Shown here: in pieces, positions 1 through 13,100 of the stretch
Position numbering within the stretch: the first letter of the stretch is position 1
Layout: each line of letters starts with the position of its first letter
Assembly (NCBI GenBank): GCA_950097015.1
Contig: CATNEN010000038.1
Span: 27,032,001 to 27,096,000, forward strand
Source: Macrostomum hystrix
Lineage: Eukaryota; Animalia; Platyhelminthes
DNA: 64,000 nt
Reading direction: 5' to 3'
Translations under genes and position numbers: made by a program
Notes under the pieces: generated by a model
Database searches by the model: none
Told to the model about the DNA's origin: nothing
What the model saw: the letters and a program-made list of their open reading frames with translations, nothing else

Positions 1-49
1 TAAGTTACTTAAACTGTATTGCACTAGCTTTATTATAACTCTAGCAACT

Positions 50-90
50 TTCTAGAATTTTCCGGAAATGCATGTTTTCTTCTATAAATA
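50..90 (+). promoter_or_regulatory. Perfect heat-shock element followed by a TATA box, in LTR-like sequence
   Basis: TTC-ta-GAA-tt-TTC-cg-GAA at 50-67 (four alternating nGAAn units) and TATAAATA at 83-90. The segment ends in ...AATCCCCTACA at 208, resembling an LTR 3' end. Confidence 0.5.
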
Positions 91-1179
91 TAGAGCCACC
101 ATCGACGTCATTTTCTTCAACCCTGCAAGCTCACGCTCTCATTGATAATCAACAAAAGAGAAAACCACCGCCTTGCTCTTACCCTTTTTTGGGAACCAAT
201 CCCCTACAGGCCTATATTTCATAATGGGTAAACAGATGAAGCAGTTTTCACCTACCCCCCCCCAAATTTGTTTCAGCGCACAGTGCCACAACTTTAGGGT
301 CCATGATGTATTAGAAGAGTGTCTTAAAGAAATTTTGGAAGTGGGTTCAAAGATGTCACATACTCATGCAAAATAATATATATATCACATGACATTTATA
401 TAAATAATCTAAAAAAACATCTAAAATGGGTTTCTGTTACCTCCATTTGGCTATAGATTTGATTTCAGAGTAAAAAAACTCTACGCGCTCTACTTTATAA
501 AGAAGCACTATTTTAATACATTTTACTAATATTTTTATATGAATTGGCAAAAAATTATAATAGCTAGCAATTCATCAGAGTCAATTGTCAGATAATGTCT
601 TAAAAAACTTACTGGCTGATTTCCATCCTCAGCCTGTCCTTTCTCCTCTGTTAAAGTCATCGGCTAGTACCAGAAAGGTTAAATTGAAATAGCTTATGTG
701 AGCGGGTGAACGTCTTTAGTGTGAATGCTCGTGTCAGATTGCGGAATTCGGAAGTCTTAGAAATGTTGTGCATGCATTTGAACTATTCGTTGAGCTGTTT
801 TTATGTTATAACAAAAGTTTTAAAACTCTATGTCGTTTCACATAATAAATGTTGATTGCACAGTAATCTTTGCTTCATTTTATAAATCAAACTTACTTTT
901 TAATTGCTTAAAACTAGCTTCAAGAGATAAAACTTCGTTTGTTTTTCATCTCTTTTTGCGCGTAAGTCTATAGTTAACGCGTTGCACAACAACAGTCACG
1001 GAAGAACTTATTCTATCTTTACGCTCGCTCCGCATTTTTACACTTCACGGTGCTCCAGGTCCATGTGTTTTAGTTTCAATTGTCATAAACTTTCCAGAAG
1101 TTTGCAAATCGTCAATTATAAAACTTTTCCCAATTTACGATGGGGTTGGATCGTAATAATGTTCTTTTAAAAAAAACTT

Positions 1180-2170
1180 TTATCTGTTTTTTAAGAACCG
1201 CATGATGACTTTATTTAAATATTGTCTAAGGACAGACTTCAGCGTCCTGGTAAGTAACGTCTTCGGCGCCCTCATCATCCACACGAATTTATTAAGCGCA
1301 TCAAGGACCTGTTGTAATTCCTCGGTATGGTCGGCAGTTCGCCAACGCGGTAGTAGGGGTTCGGGTACGGACCGCCCAAAGCTTGCCGGGGGTGGAGGGA
1401 GGGGAAGCAGCGACCCTCGAGGCGTCCAGACACTCCGAGGAGAGACGGGGTGGACTTGGAGCGTACCGACACTCGCTAAGCCCGGACTGAAGTCTTTGAC
1501 TGCGAGCGGGTAGCCACTCGACAGCCCCAGAGAGAGGTGGATGATGGTCTGGAGGCGTACCGACACTTCGCAGACTCGAGGGAAGACTCTGGAGGAGAAG
1601 GATGATGATGAGCTTCTGACACTAGCAGAGGTCGGGCAGAGGAACAAGGTTTGAGCACGGACAAATAAATAACTCGTGAAAGCTTTTCTTTCCGGGAGGG
1701 ATTGAACGTGGCACTCATGACAAGTATTGTAGTTCAGGCTGCGTAGTTTATTATTGATCGTTTACTCTTAAGTTCGCTCTAACTGAGGGCAACGTTCTCG
1801 CAATAGTACTCGGGAGGCGCGGGGCTGGCCACGGGCAGCGCGCGCTAATAAATAACAGCGTGGGGTGGGGGCGAGGGCACATGGCTGGACGGGGTAGGGC
1901 TAAGCCACGCAGGGCTGGGGGGGCAAACACACAAGGCTGAGAGCAGAGAGAGAGAGAGAAGGAGACCGGCTAGCCAATCAGAAGTCTCCTTGGCGAGAGG
2001 CCTGATTGGACTAGCGAGGACGGCGCATGGCAGCCAATGGGCGAACGACAACCAACGAAAAAGGAGGGTGGCCTAAGCCGGGGCCGGCCAGAACTGGTTT
2101 GAGCAGGTGGCCGGGGTGGAAGGGTTAGAGACGCAGGGGCAAGGTCATTGTGAGACGCAGCTCACAACAC
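1180..2170 (-). mobile_element. Probable retroelement remnant (LTR-like segment ~1718-2169 plus adjacent internal fragment)
   Basis: GC-rich island in AT-rich DNA. On the minus strand it starts TGTTGTGAG, carries CCAAT-like and TATTTAT motifs, has AATAAA ~30 nt before a ...TGTCA end, and is followed by a Pro/Ser-rich ORF fragment. No canonical PBS, TSD or recognisable protein domain was found. Confidence 0.3.
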
Positions 2171-3166
2171 CTGCACTGGTTAGCTTTCATCCGCGGCACG
2201 ACTCTCGCCCAGAGTCGCGTCGCCGCTCAGCCAGACAGGCCTGAAGCTAGTGCTTCGTCGCCGGATCGGTGAGTCCCAGTCACGTAGTCACACTGCCTGT
2301 CAGAGAGTATAAAATGTGAATGCCTTTACTCTCTCTCTCTCTTCGATCGGATCAGATTTTCATGGATATGATTTTGCACCTCAGAATTGAAGTCTATCGA
2401 CTGTAGAAAAACGAATGCGCTTGTTAAACCTCAGCTGCAATGCGCGATATCTTAATACTGTATGTTTTATATGTAACATGCTAATGTAATACTTATGTAA
2501 TTCTATTGTACTCTCGTACTCGAACCTATAATTACTTTGTTAAAGCCTGGTGACAACGAGAAAATACTATTCTTATAGAGGAGTAGGTAGGCTGTCTCTA
2601 TCTGGACCTCTAATTGGGTTGGGCCCTATATATCCTTGTTGCATCCTCTCTCACGCTGAACCGTCTAATCCCTTACAATGCCTCTTCCCTAATTCGTAAG
2701 GGTAGCGCATGGGAGTTTCAAATAAAAATAAGACTAAAAAACGCGAAGGACAAAAAGGCTGATCAAATATAATAATTATGATAATTATTAAATGTTTGTT
2801 GCTTCAGGGCAGCTGTTCTCTTATTTTAGATATTTCTAGGATGTACTTTGCTGGCGCCTCATTGTTTTCCCTGTCATCTTGTGCCATTGCAGTGTAGTTT
2901 TTTTCTTGAATTTTTCTTGAATTTGAATTGCCGTGCATGAAATGATTAGTTAAAACGATTTTATCTACTAGTATTTAACTTAGCAATGCGCTATAGTTAA
3001 TTGCCATGTGGGTCTATACTATAGGCGCGCGCTTTCGGACTTTTCAAAGTCTGGAGAAGTACGATGTGACAGCTTCATCAATAACGCAGTGACAATGGCA
3101 GTGGCAAAGCAAGGGCTGTCGATAAACATGTAATAATTGACTATAAAAACTGCACACCTATATCCC

Positions 3167-3167
<1 letters not shown>

Positions 3168-3243
<76 letters not shown>

Positions 3244-3577
3244 TGCAGGAGGGCTGCGGGCAATGGCACATCATTTGGTGACACTAGACCCGCAGCCAGC
3301 GAGGAGGCAATTCTGCCCATTTCGCTGACTCCTGAGCACACACGCACACAGATATACTCACAAAGGTGTGTACATCTGCCCTGCCTTTCTCATTGTCAGG
3401 CAGTGTACATTTCACTGTGCCTTGAAGGTTGGCCCGCAAGGGCGTAAATTGCACGACAAGCCCCCAAGCCTTCTCTCCGCGGCTGCGCCCCAAATAAATG
3501 TGGCCTCGCCGTGGAATCGAACTTAGGGACCTTGGTGCGAGAGGCAAACGCGATAACCGCTCTGCCACCGTCCCCCC
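3168..3577 (-). mobile_element. Full-length tRNA-derived SINE (family A) with (TTA)n tail
   Basis: Minus-strand head GGGGGACGGTGGCAGAGCGG (A box) ... GTTCGATTCC (B box). (ATT)n tail at 3168-3243. Flanking near-direct repeat ACC[T/A]ATATCCCA at 3156-3167 and 3580-3591 (TSD-like). Four more copies occur in the window. Confidence 0.85.
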
Positions 3578-3934
3578 TTACCAATATCCCACACTGTTCT
3601 TAAAAAGCTTATGAATTTCGCGCGGCATTAAATCATGTACTTTATCTATTCTATAATTGCTAGGCCTACACATGTAGTTTAATTTTGTAGTACCAAACAT
3701 AATCTTGCATGGTTCATTCGAGGAATCAAACTTTACATGTGAATCTGTTTCAATAATTGAAGAATCACAGTTTTGTGTATTGCAGACAAAACAGCGGTAA
3801 GAAGGGCGATTCAGTCCATGCCAATAGATTTTCAAAGTAGCTGTACAGTATATTTCAAGTTTCTAATTTAGAAAAAATCGGCCATTTTTCAAGGTCTCAT
3901 AAAGTTACTAGCGAACAAGAGATGCAAAAGAGTT

Positions 3935-4171
3935 TTACAGTCCAGCAAGCAGGCTAATTCTTGACACGCAGGTGTTCTGTCTCTCACTACAGGTGGTGCA
4001 GCATAGAGTTTTTTCCCTAGGGCAGCAAGGCGAATATAGGGAGCAGGACTCGCCAGTTTTTGCGCATTTGATGATGTGGCGTCTATTCATTCTGTACATG
4101 ACTTCGCTCACGCACGATGCAGTCGGCTCAGTTACTAGCAGAAGTAGAAGTAGACCGATGATGTTGAGCAT
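3935..4171 (-). CDS. Secreted cysteine-rich knottin/conotoxin-like prepropeptide (78 aa)
   Basis: ATG in an aaaATG context and a hydrophobic signal peptide MLNIIGLLLLLLVTEPTAS. A short pro-region ends in RR. The mature region has the pattern C-x6-C-x5-CC-x6-CC-x2-C-x6-C. TATAAA lies on the minus strand ~100 nt upstream (~4273-4278). Confidence 0.7.
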   Translation of the reverse strand: MLNIIGLLLLLLVTEPTASCVSEVMYRMNRRHIIKCAKTGESCSLYSPCCPREKTLCCTTCSERQNTCVSRISLLAGL

Positions 4172-4394
4172 TTTGCTTTGTGATTATTTTGCCTTAGTCT
4201 ATTTCTTCAATAGGTTCTTTCGGCGTATGCATGGCTACTATATACTCAGTTAGATAGCTTCTTATCAAAAAATTTATAGATGCTCTGTCTATGGTAACTA
4301 CGGACTGTAATTAAATATATTTTTAATCTAAAATATCGAAACACTTCTCTGAATCTAAGAATAGTTATTTGCAGCTAGACACCACAACCCAGTT

Positions 4395-4560
4395 CGGATA
4401 AATAGCGGCACAGAACAGCCGAATCAGTCCAAGGACAGAGTAAGCCCGCACACACCCACCTGAAATTCTATCCCAGCTGATTGATAATCTTCGTATCGCA
4501 TACTGCTGGATAAACAGAAGCACAATGAACTCAAGTGTTGTACTGAAGTACTCAAGCCAA
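4395..4560 (-). mobile_element. Degenerate fragment of SINE family B (CORE-like)
   Basis: CAGTCCAAGGAC and GCTGGATAAACAGAAGCACAATG resemble the copies at 23325-23572 and 40290-40490. Confidence 0.4.
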
Positions 4561-5924
4561 TTTGCCACTAGCATAATATGTATTCCTTTTTTGAAACGCA
4601 AGCAGGTAACCCCTGACTATTTTTAGATAACTTAGGGTCTTTAGAAGCAATTCAGAAGTACGAGTACATTTTAATTCAGTATCTAGTCAGTAGAGTGAAT
4701 TACAAGATGTGGTCCTAGTTTTTCATTTTTTTTCCTTAACAGTCCAAGGAAGTAAATTTTGGAACCGTGAGGATGATGATCTGCAATATTATAAAGGTAT
4801 TCTTTAAAAGATAAGATTCTTTTTAAAGGTTGTGAAGTTGGACAATAGAAATTCTATTCAGCCAAGTGAATAGAAAGCGATTTTTAGCTCTGCAGTTTTT
4901 TTTAATTCAACACAAAGTAGTATCCCACGAATGAAATTTGATAGTGTTGGCGTATTTTTTACTGTACATTCATTGCTTGGTTCTTATTTTAACATTTTAC
5001 AATCCCGGGCATTTTAGTTATCGCGCTGAGTAAAACAAAAATATATTTAATACAGACGCATTTATGATTACATAAACACTATCTATATATAATTTACTCA
5101 GATTTATACAATTAATATTGTATTGTTTCTTTTAAAATAGAGAAAAGCTATAATTACAATAGAAACGTGTTTAAAATAACCCTAACTGTGCTATTAAATT
5201 ACCTTGTTCACAATTAAAACTTCTGTTTTACGGTATGCAGCTGGATACTTAAACTCAAGCCAAGAGGACTGAAAAAATCTTCATAAACAAATAAAATTGC
5301 TCAATTTCTCAAGTCGGTTCACAGCAACTCCGAGCGATTTATTATTATTGACTTTTGTATCATTTTTATATGCTGTCAATTTATACTGCACCAATTTTAA
5401 GTATTGGGTAAAGTGTTTACTATAAAATATTTTCCTTCTGAATGGGCTGCTGTTCCTTAATTTCTTTGTGCGTATTTGAATCCAATGGACAATCTGTATT
5501 ATACAGTTCGTTGACTTATCAAAATGTCAAAGTTACGCCTTTGGCTTCGTGGGTGGGAATTTTCTACGTTTTTAGCAAAAAAACTAATTATGCACATAAA
5601 AATTATGTATCTACTTCAATATCTCATATCAATTAGCTTATATTAGCCAGATAAATGTAACTACGATTTAGCTATAAAAATGAATACTTTTTTAGTTTTC
5701 TTTTTTTCTATTTAAAAACAAATGTTCCTAGATGTATCATAATGTTGTTGCTATTGTTATAAAAATATTGGTCTTTGTTCGTTTTATTAATAAATTGTGT
5801 TTTTGACTTCATAACTGAACAAAAAACATTCAGTTATTTGATTGATTTGATTCGCTTTTCCTAAATCTGTTTCAGATAAGAGCACATGGAAATATTCTAA
5901 GTTGACATTAAATTAAAACGTAAA

Positions 5925-7141
5925 ATGTCTGCTATTGTTGCTCGAAGCGTAACCAAGGACGCCATTGTTGACGACGCGGAGGAAGAAAATGTCGACGTTG
6001 CCGATGACAGCTCCGCTAGTTATCAGCGCAGGCGTCGATCACCATCGGAGAGAAGTCATCGATCGGCGCGTTCGAGTCTGTCGGTTGCCACCACGGCTAC
6101 AGCCACCACGGCGAGGACATCTGCGAGTTCGCGTCTGGATCCCGGCCAGGTGCGTCGAGTGCTTGATCGTTTGAAGGCCGAGTTGGACAATCAGAGACAA
6201 CGAGCCGACCGCGCCGAGAGAGCTCTGTCATTGGCCCGATCTGAAGCTGATCGACGCGCTCGTTCGATGGAATTTGGCTACGGCAACGAGATCAGTCTCG
6301 AGGCTGCGTCAATGGCTCTGACCAGGCAGCTAACATCGCTGCGTCGACGCATCGGCATCGCGGATGGCGGCGCCGGAGCGGACCTGCGAAGAAGCATCGA
6401 CAGGCTTGTGAGTTGCTTGGATTTTTTATCGGATAGAAATGACGTCTAGCCTAGTTGTGGTCGGGTGTAGAGCCAAAGGCTGACATTGACAAAGACTGAT
6501 ATTGAAAAAGACTGACGGCTAAGGAGGCCGTCAAAGACTCCCTAAGTTTTTATCCCAGCTGTTTCTATAGCCGAAGGATTTACCCTAGGCTGAGATTCGA
6601 ACCCCAGACCTCAATTCTATGTCAGGAACCCGAAGTCCTAACCACTCGGCTACTCCAAATTGAACATCATCAATGTTACTGGCTAACAGGAATTTAAAAA
6701 AAAATTTTTAAAGATCTTTGCTTCTAAAAGAAAAAAAATTCTTTCCAGATTTTACCAGTTTTTTCTTAACAGAAAGTTTTCTTAATCCGCTTTACTGCAG
6801 AAGCTTGGCTCTTAGTCTTTTCTAATCCGTTGTCAAATCTAAGTAGACTTGAACAGTTTGAGTTGAGCATAGATTATAGTCATTAAGCTTCAGTTGCTTA
6901 ACGACCTTTTACAGTCATCAGCAGCAGGATAATGCAGAGATTAACAAATCTTTGAGATTTGTTTTTTTATTGCCGAAAATAAAATCCCCGATACGACAAT
7001 TGTAACGTTAACATTTAATCTCCAGATTATCTAACTTGACATCCAGTTAAGATTTGTTGTTTTTTGCTTTCAAAATCAAAAGCCGGAAAATATTTGTTAT
7101 ACTTAAAGAGTTTTGAGTGTTGAATTTTTTGTCTGCCCGCC

Positions 7142-7193
<52 letters not shown>

Positions 7194-10100
7194 GTAATAA
7201 CGACTTTTTGAAATTGGCCCAATGAACTAAAATCGATCATACAGCTATTTCGATACATATCGTGTTGTCCCTATTAACTTCTCATGCGTCTTGAGGCACA
7301 ATTTCCGCTTATTACCAGAGAGGAGCTGGTCCACTGGAAAATATAAAATCTTCTGATTTCTAAAACACCCAGACCTTGGACACGCCAGCCTACCCCCCTC
7401 CAGCATTGACGTACTGATATTAACCATGTCAGGGATATTGGTAACAGGTCAAGAATGTGCGCGGAAAATTTCTGAAACAAAGTACGCTTCTTGAGGTGGC
7501 TGTCGAAAAAATTTCTTTCCAACTCTCTTTATTTACTGCTTGCTTGGGTAGAGCTGGGTGAAAACCCTAAATGGGATATTGTGCGGTGGTACAGGGAAGA
7601 GTGCTGCTCAGTATTTGTCTGCTTTTATTTTATTTAAGGCGTTGTCCCGTGAGCAGTATATATTAGCAAAACTTTTCTGTGTTGCGGCAAATAATTTATC
7701 ATGACTTAGCGCAATCATGAGCAGATTAGGAAAATATAGAAACTCGGAATTAAATGGGGATATTTTTTATCGACAATCTGTTGACAGCGGCAACTGGAGC
7801 GAGTTCGGCAAGCAGCGGCAGCAGCAGCAGCAGTCATTGATCTATCCGATAAAGTCATTTGGTTTCCAAGAGGTAAAATGTCTTCATAGGTAGTAGTTTT
7901 CATTTATATCTCACTTCCTTTGAAAAAAATTGTATTTGCATGTTTCAATTAAAATAAAATAAAATACTTGCTGTTTGTGGTAATATGTAAGTAGATCTTA
8001 ATTGTTTTCTACAACAAGTAAATAGCGATGAAACTTCTTATTATAGCAGTGCACTTCAACACATTCAGGTGAAAAATCTGCACGTTAAAATACTTCCTTT
8101 AATTTTTTTAGAACTCAAAACAGTTTTAGCACGTGGACTATTACTGAGCACAAAGTAGGATTTTAATGCAATCTTACGTAGAGACAATAACTTAGAAACC
8201 AATATTCAATACCTGACCGAATTGCAGACTGAATCGTTGAATGAGTTCAATCATCACCAACACGACTTTTATAATGGCAAACTAGTCCGATTGGAGAATA
8301 ACTTGCGATACCTGCGGGCTGAGAATGCTCGACTGGTGAGTTCTACCTGTCTGCCCGCCTGTCTGTCTGTCTGTCTGTCTGTCTGCCTCTCTGTCTGACT
8401 GTCTCTCTGTCTGCCTGTCTGCCTGTCTGCCCGCCTGTCTGTCTGTCTGTCTGTCTGCCTGTCTGCCTGTCTGCCTGTCTGCCCGCCTGTCTGCCCGCCT
8501 GTCTGTCTGTCTGCCTGTCTGCCTGTCTGCCCGCCCGCCTGTCTGTCTGTCTGTCTGTCTGTCTGTCTGCCTGTCTGCCTGTCTGTCCGCCCTGTCTGTC
8601 TCTCTGTCTGCCTGTCTGCCTGTCTGCCCGCCTGTCTGTCTGTCTGTCTGCCTCTCTGTCTGTCTGTCTGCCTGTCTGTCTGTCTGTCTGCCTGTCTGTC
8701 TGTCTGTCTGCCTGTCTGTCTGCCTGTCTAATCGTAAATGCCATTCTCCATCAGGCCAGTCGGCAGCACGGCGAGTCACCGGTCCATCAACAGTACCAGC
8801 GGCAGCCGGACTTCAGCATCGAGCAGCTGGAGCGATTGAAGCGACGCAGCGCTGAGTTAGAATCGGCTGCCGAGCGGCTTCAATCGCGCGGCTCAAAGAG
8901 AATCGCAGACGACAAGGTAGACAGGAATTTTTCGTGCAAAATTGAAAAATAAATTCACTCCAAGCCGTCACTACAGGAAATAGCAAAATAACACTCGCAT
9001 GTTAACAAGGAATTCCTTTACCTGTTAGATAGGAAATTCCTTCACCTGTTAGGTAGGGAATTCTTTCACCTGTTAGATAGGGAATTCATTTACCTGTTAG
9101 GTAGGGAATTTATTCACCTGTTAGATAGGAAATTCCTTGACCTGTTTGATAGGAAATTCCTTCACCTGTTAGGTAGAGACTTCCCTCACCTGTTTGGTAG
9201 GGAATTCCTTCACCTGTTAGATAGGGAATTCCTTCACCTGTTAATTAGGGAATTCCTTGACCAGTTAGATAGGGAATTCCTTCAGCTCTTACGACCTGTT
9301 GACACGAATTGCTTCACCCGTTAGACAAGAAAATTCCCACACTTTCATCTTACCTTGTAAACTAAATCAGTCGAATTGCCACTCTCAGCAAACTCTCAGC
9401 GAAATGCGGCGCGACTATGAACGGCGTCGAACTCGCGACCTCGCTGAGAATGGCCGCCAGCTGGAGGAGAAGGAGCTGGAATTGGAGCGCCTTCGCAGGC
9501 ACTACGACGGCTTGCAGTACATGGTGAGTAAAATATGATTTTCGATACATATAGGCAAACATGTTTACAAAAATTATTATTAAACTTGTTAGGAAAATAT
9601 AAGATAGCTTATTAAAACCTTATAACTTTTTTCTCGTGTCTTTAATCTTAAAGCGATGCATTGTACATTACATATTACTTTATTAATTGATTAGTAACAT
9701 AATGAGCGTATAGCGTCTTTTTCGTATTTTTTAGACAAAAAACAGCTCAGCCGAGAAGGAGGCCCTAGAGAGAATGCTGGAGACTGCTCAACGCGAGAGG
9801 CTCACCTTGCAGCATCAGCTCAGTTGGAATCAGGTGGGATAGAAAAAAACGGGATAATTTGAAACGGTCATCTTTTTTTTCATTTTCCTTAATCTAGCAA
9901 GTCTGGGAGGTTAGTCATAGATCTAGCTGGTTAGTCATAGATCTAGCTGGTTAGTCATAGATCTAGCAGGTTAGTCATAGATCTAGCTGGTTAGTCATAG
10001 ATCTAGCTGGTTAGTCATAGATCTAGCTGGTTAGTCATAGATCTAGCTGGTTAGTCATAGATCTAGCTGGTTAGTCATAGATCTAGCTGGTTAGTCATAG

Positions 10101-13100
10101 ATCTAGCTGGTTAGTCATAGATCTAGCAGGTTAGTCATAGATCTAGCAGGTTAGTCATAGATCGAGCAGCTTCGTCATAGATTTAGCAGGTAAGTCATAT
10201 ATTTTATGCAATGAATTTGATAAAACAAACAAATAATTGCAGGATTTATTCTCAGACGCCAGCACTGAGGACCGCCTCAGAAGGTTGACGAGCGACTTAA
10301 GACGAGTGGAAGCTGCCCGACGAGAGCTAGACGAGGAGATTCGAAAACTAAGGGAGAGCGCTTTGAGAGTAAAATATTTGGTTAGTTAGTCTTGGAAACA
10401 CGATCATGCACTCACTGTCTAAGATAAACACTCCCGTCTAACAGGAAACACATCTGTCTAACATCAACACTCCCGTCTAACATCAACATTCCCGTCTAAC
10501 ATCAACACTCCCGTCTAACATCAACATTCCCGTCTAACATCAACACTCCCGTCTAACATCAACATTCCCGTCTAACATCAACACTCCCGTCTAACATCAA
10601 CATTCCCGTCTAACATCAACACTCCCGTCTAACATCAACTTTCCCGTCTAACAGGAAACACATCTGTCTAACATCAACACTCCCGTCTAACATCAACATT
10701 CCCGTCTAACATCAACACTCCCGTCTAACATCAACATTCCCGTCTAACATCAACACTCCCGTCTAACATCAACATTCCCGTCTAACATCAACACTCCCGT
10801 CTAACATCAACATTCCCGTCTAACAGGAAACACATCTGTCTAACATCAACACTCCCGTCTAACATCAACATTCCCGTCTAACATCAACACTCCCGTCTAA
10901 CATCAACATTCCCGTCTAACATCAACACTCCCGTCTAACATCAACATTCCCGTCTAACAGGAAACACATCTGAATAACAGGAAACACATCTGAATAACAG
11001 GAAACACATCTGAATAACAGGAAACACATCTGAATAACAGGAAACACATCTGAATAACAGGAAACACATCTGAATAACAGGAAACACACCTGTCTAACAG
11101 GAAACACATCTGTCTAACAGGAAACACATCTGAATAACAGGAAACACATCTGAATAACAGGAAACACATCTGTCTAACAGGAAACACATCTGAATAACAG
11201 GAAACACATCTGTCTAACAGGAAACACATCTGTCTAACAGGAAACACATCTGAATAACAGGAAACACATCTGAATAACAGGAAACACATCTGTCTAACAG
11301 GAAACACATCTGAATAACAGAAATTTGAGTGTGAAATGTCAATATTTGTAGAACTGTTTATTTATAGATAAACAAATGTCTACTTTTATTTTACAGTCTG
11401 AAAATCATACATATATGCGAGTAATCTCTAACGATTTCACTTCAACGTGCAGGGCGGCTCGACTAATCCACCGGCTGATTCCGGTGGAAACGAAAGTTCC
11501 GAAGATACGGCAGCGGCAGCAGCAACTGTGAGTTTATAAGATTTGGGATCTAAGATTTGGGATCTAAGATTTGGCATCTAAGATTTGGGATCTAAGATTT
11601 GGGATCTAAGATTTGGGATCTAAGATTTGGCATCTAAGATTTGGGATCCAAGATTTTTTATCTAAGATATGGGATCTAAGATATGGGATCTAAGATTTCG
11701 GATCTAAGATTTTGCATCTAAGGTTTTGTATCTAATATTTAGGATCTAAGATTTGGGATCTAAGATTTTGAATCTAAGGTTTTGTATCTAATATTTAGGA
11801 TCTAAGATTTGGGATCTAAGATTTGGGATCTAAGATTTGGGATCTAAGATTTGGGATCTAAGATTTGGAATCTAAGATTTGGAATCTAAGATTTGGGATC
11901 TAAGATTTGGGATCTAAGGTTTTGTATCTAAGATTTAGGATCTAAGATTTGGGATCTAAGCTTTGTAGTTTGGGATTCGCCAACTTCGATTCAAAATGTT
12001 TAATGTACAAGTGCAGTGTGTTTTTTTATTTCTGACCAAGTACATACTTGTAGAATCGAAGCAACGCCTTTATCTAGAATCGAAGCAGCACCTTTATCTA
12101 GAATCGAAGCAGCACCTTTAGCTAGAATCGAAGCAGCACCTTTATCTAGAATCGAAGCAGCACCTTTAGCTAGAATCGAAGCAGCACCTTTATCTAGAAT
12201 CGAAGCAGCACCTTTAGCTAGAATCGAAGCAGCGCCTTTATCTAGAATCGAAGCAGCACCTTTAGCTAGAATCGAAGCAGCACCTTTAGCTAGAATCGAA
12301 GCAGCACCTTTAGCTAGAATCGAAGCAGCACCTATATCTAGAATCGAAGCAGCACCTTTAGCTAGAATCGAAGCAGAAAGTTTAGCTAGAATCGAAGCAG
12401 CACCTTTAGCTAGAATCGAAGCAGCACCTTTAGCTAGAATCGAAGCAGCACCTTTAGCTAGAATCGAAGCAGCACCTTTAGCTAGAATCGAAGCAGCACC
12501 TTTAGCTAGAATCGAAGCAGCACCTTTAGCTAGAATCGAAGCAGCACCTTTAGCTAGAATCGAAGCAGCACCTTTAGCTAGAATCGAAGCAGCACCTTTA
12601 GCTAGAATCGAAGCAGCACCTTTAGCTAGAATCGAAGCAGCACCTTTAGCTAGAATCGAAGCAGCACCTTTAGCTAGAATCGAAGCAGCACCTTTAGCTA
12701 GAATCGAAGCAGCACCTTTAGCTAGAATCGAAGCAGCACCTTTAGCTAGAATCGAAGCAGCACCTTTAGCTAGAATCGAAGCAGCACCTTTAGCTAGAAT
12801 CGAAGCAGCACCTTTAGCTAGAATCGAAGCAGCACCTTTAGCTAGAATCGAAGCAGAAAGTTTAGCTAGAATCGAAGCAGAAAGTTTAGCTAGAATCGAA
12901 GCAGCACCTTTAGCTAGAATCGAAGCAGCACCTTTAGCTAGAATCGAAGCAGCACCTTTAGCTAGAATCGAAGCAGCACCTTTAGCTAGAATCGAAGCAG
13001 CATCTTTACCTAGAATCGAAGCAGCACCTTTAGCTAGAATCGAAGCAGCACCTATATCTAGAATCGAAGCAGCACCTTTAGCTAGAATCGAAGCAGAAAG

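Noticed and set aside
2148-2180. Helitron 3' end (TTGTGAG/CTCACAA hairpin, then CTGG|T)
   Set aside because: The stem is short and not GC-rich, no 5' TC terminus or second copy was found, and it overlaps an equally plausible LTR start on the other strand.
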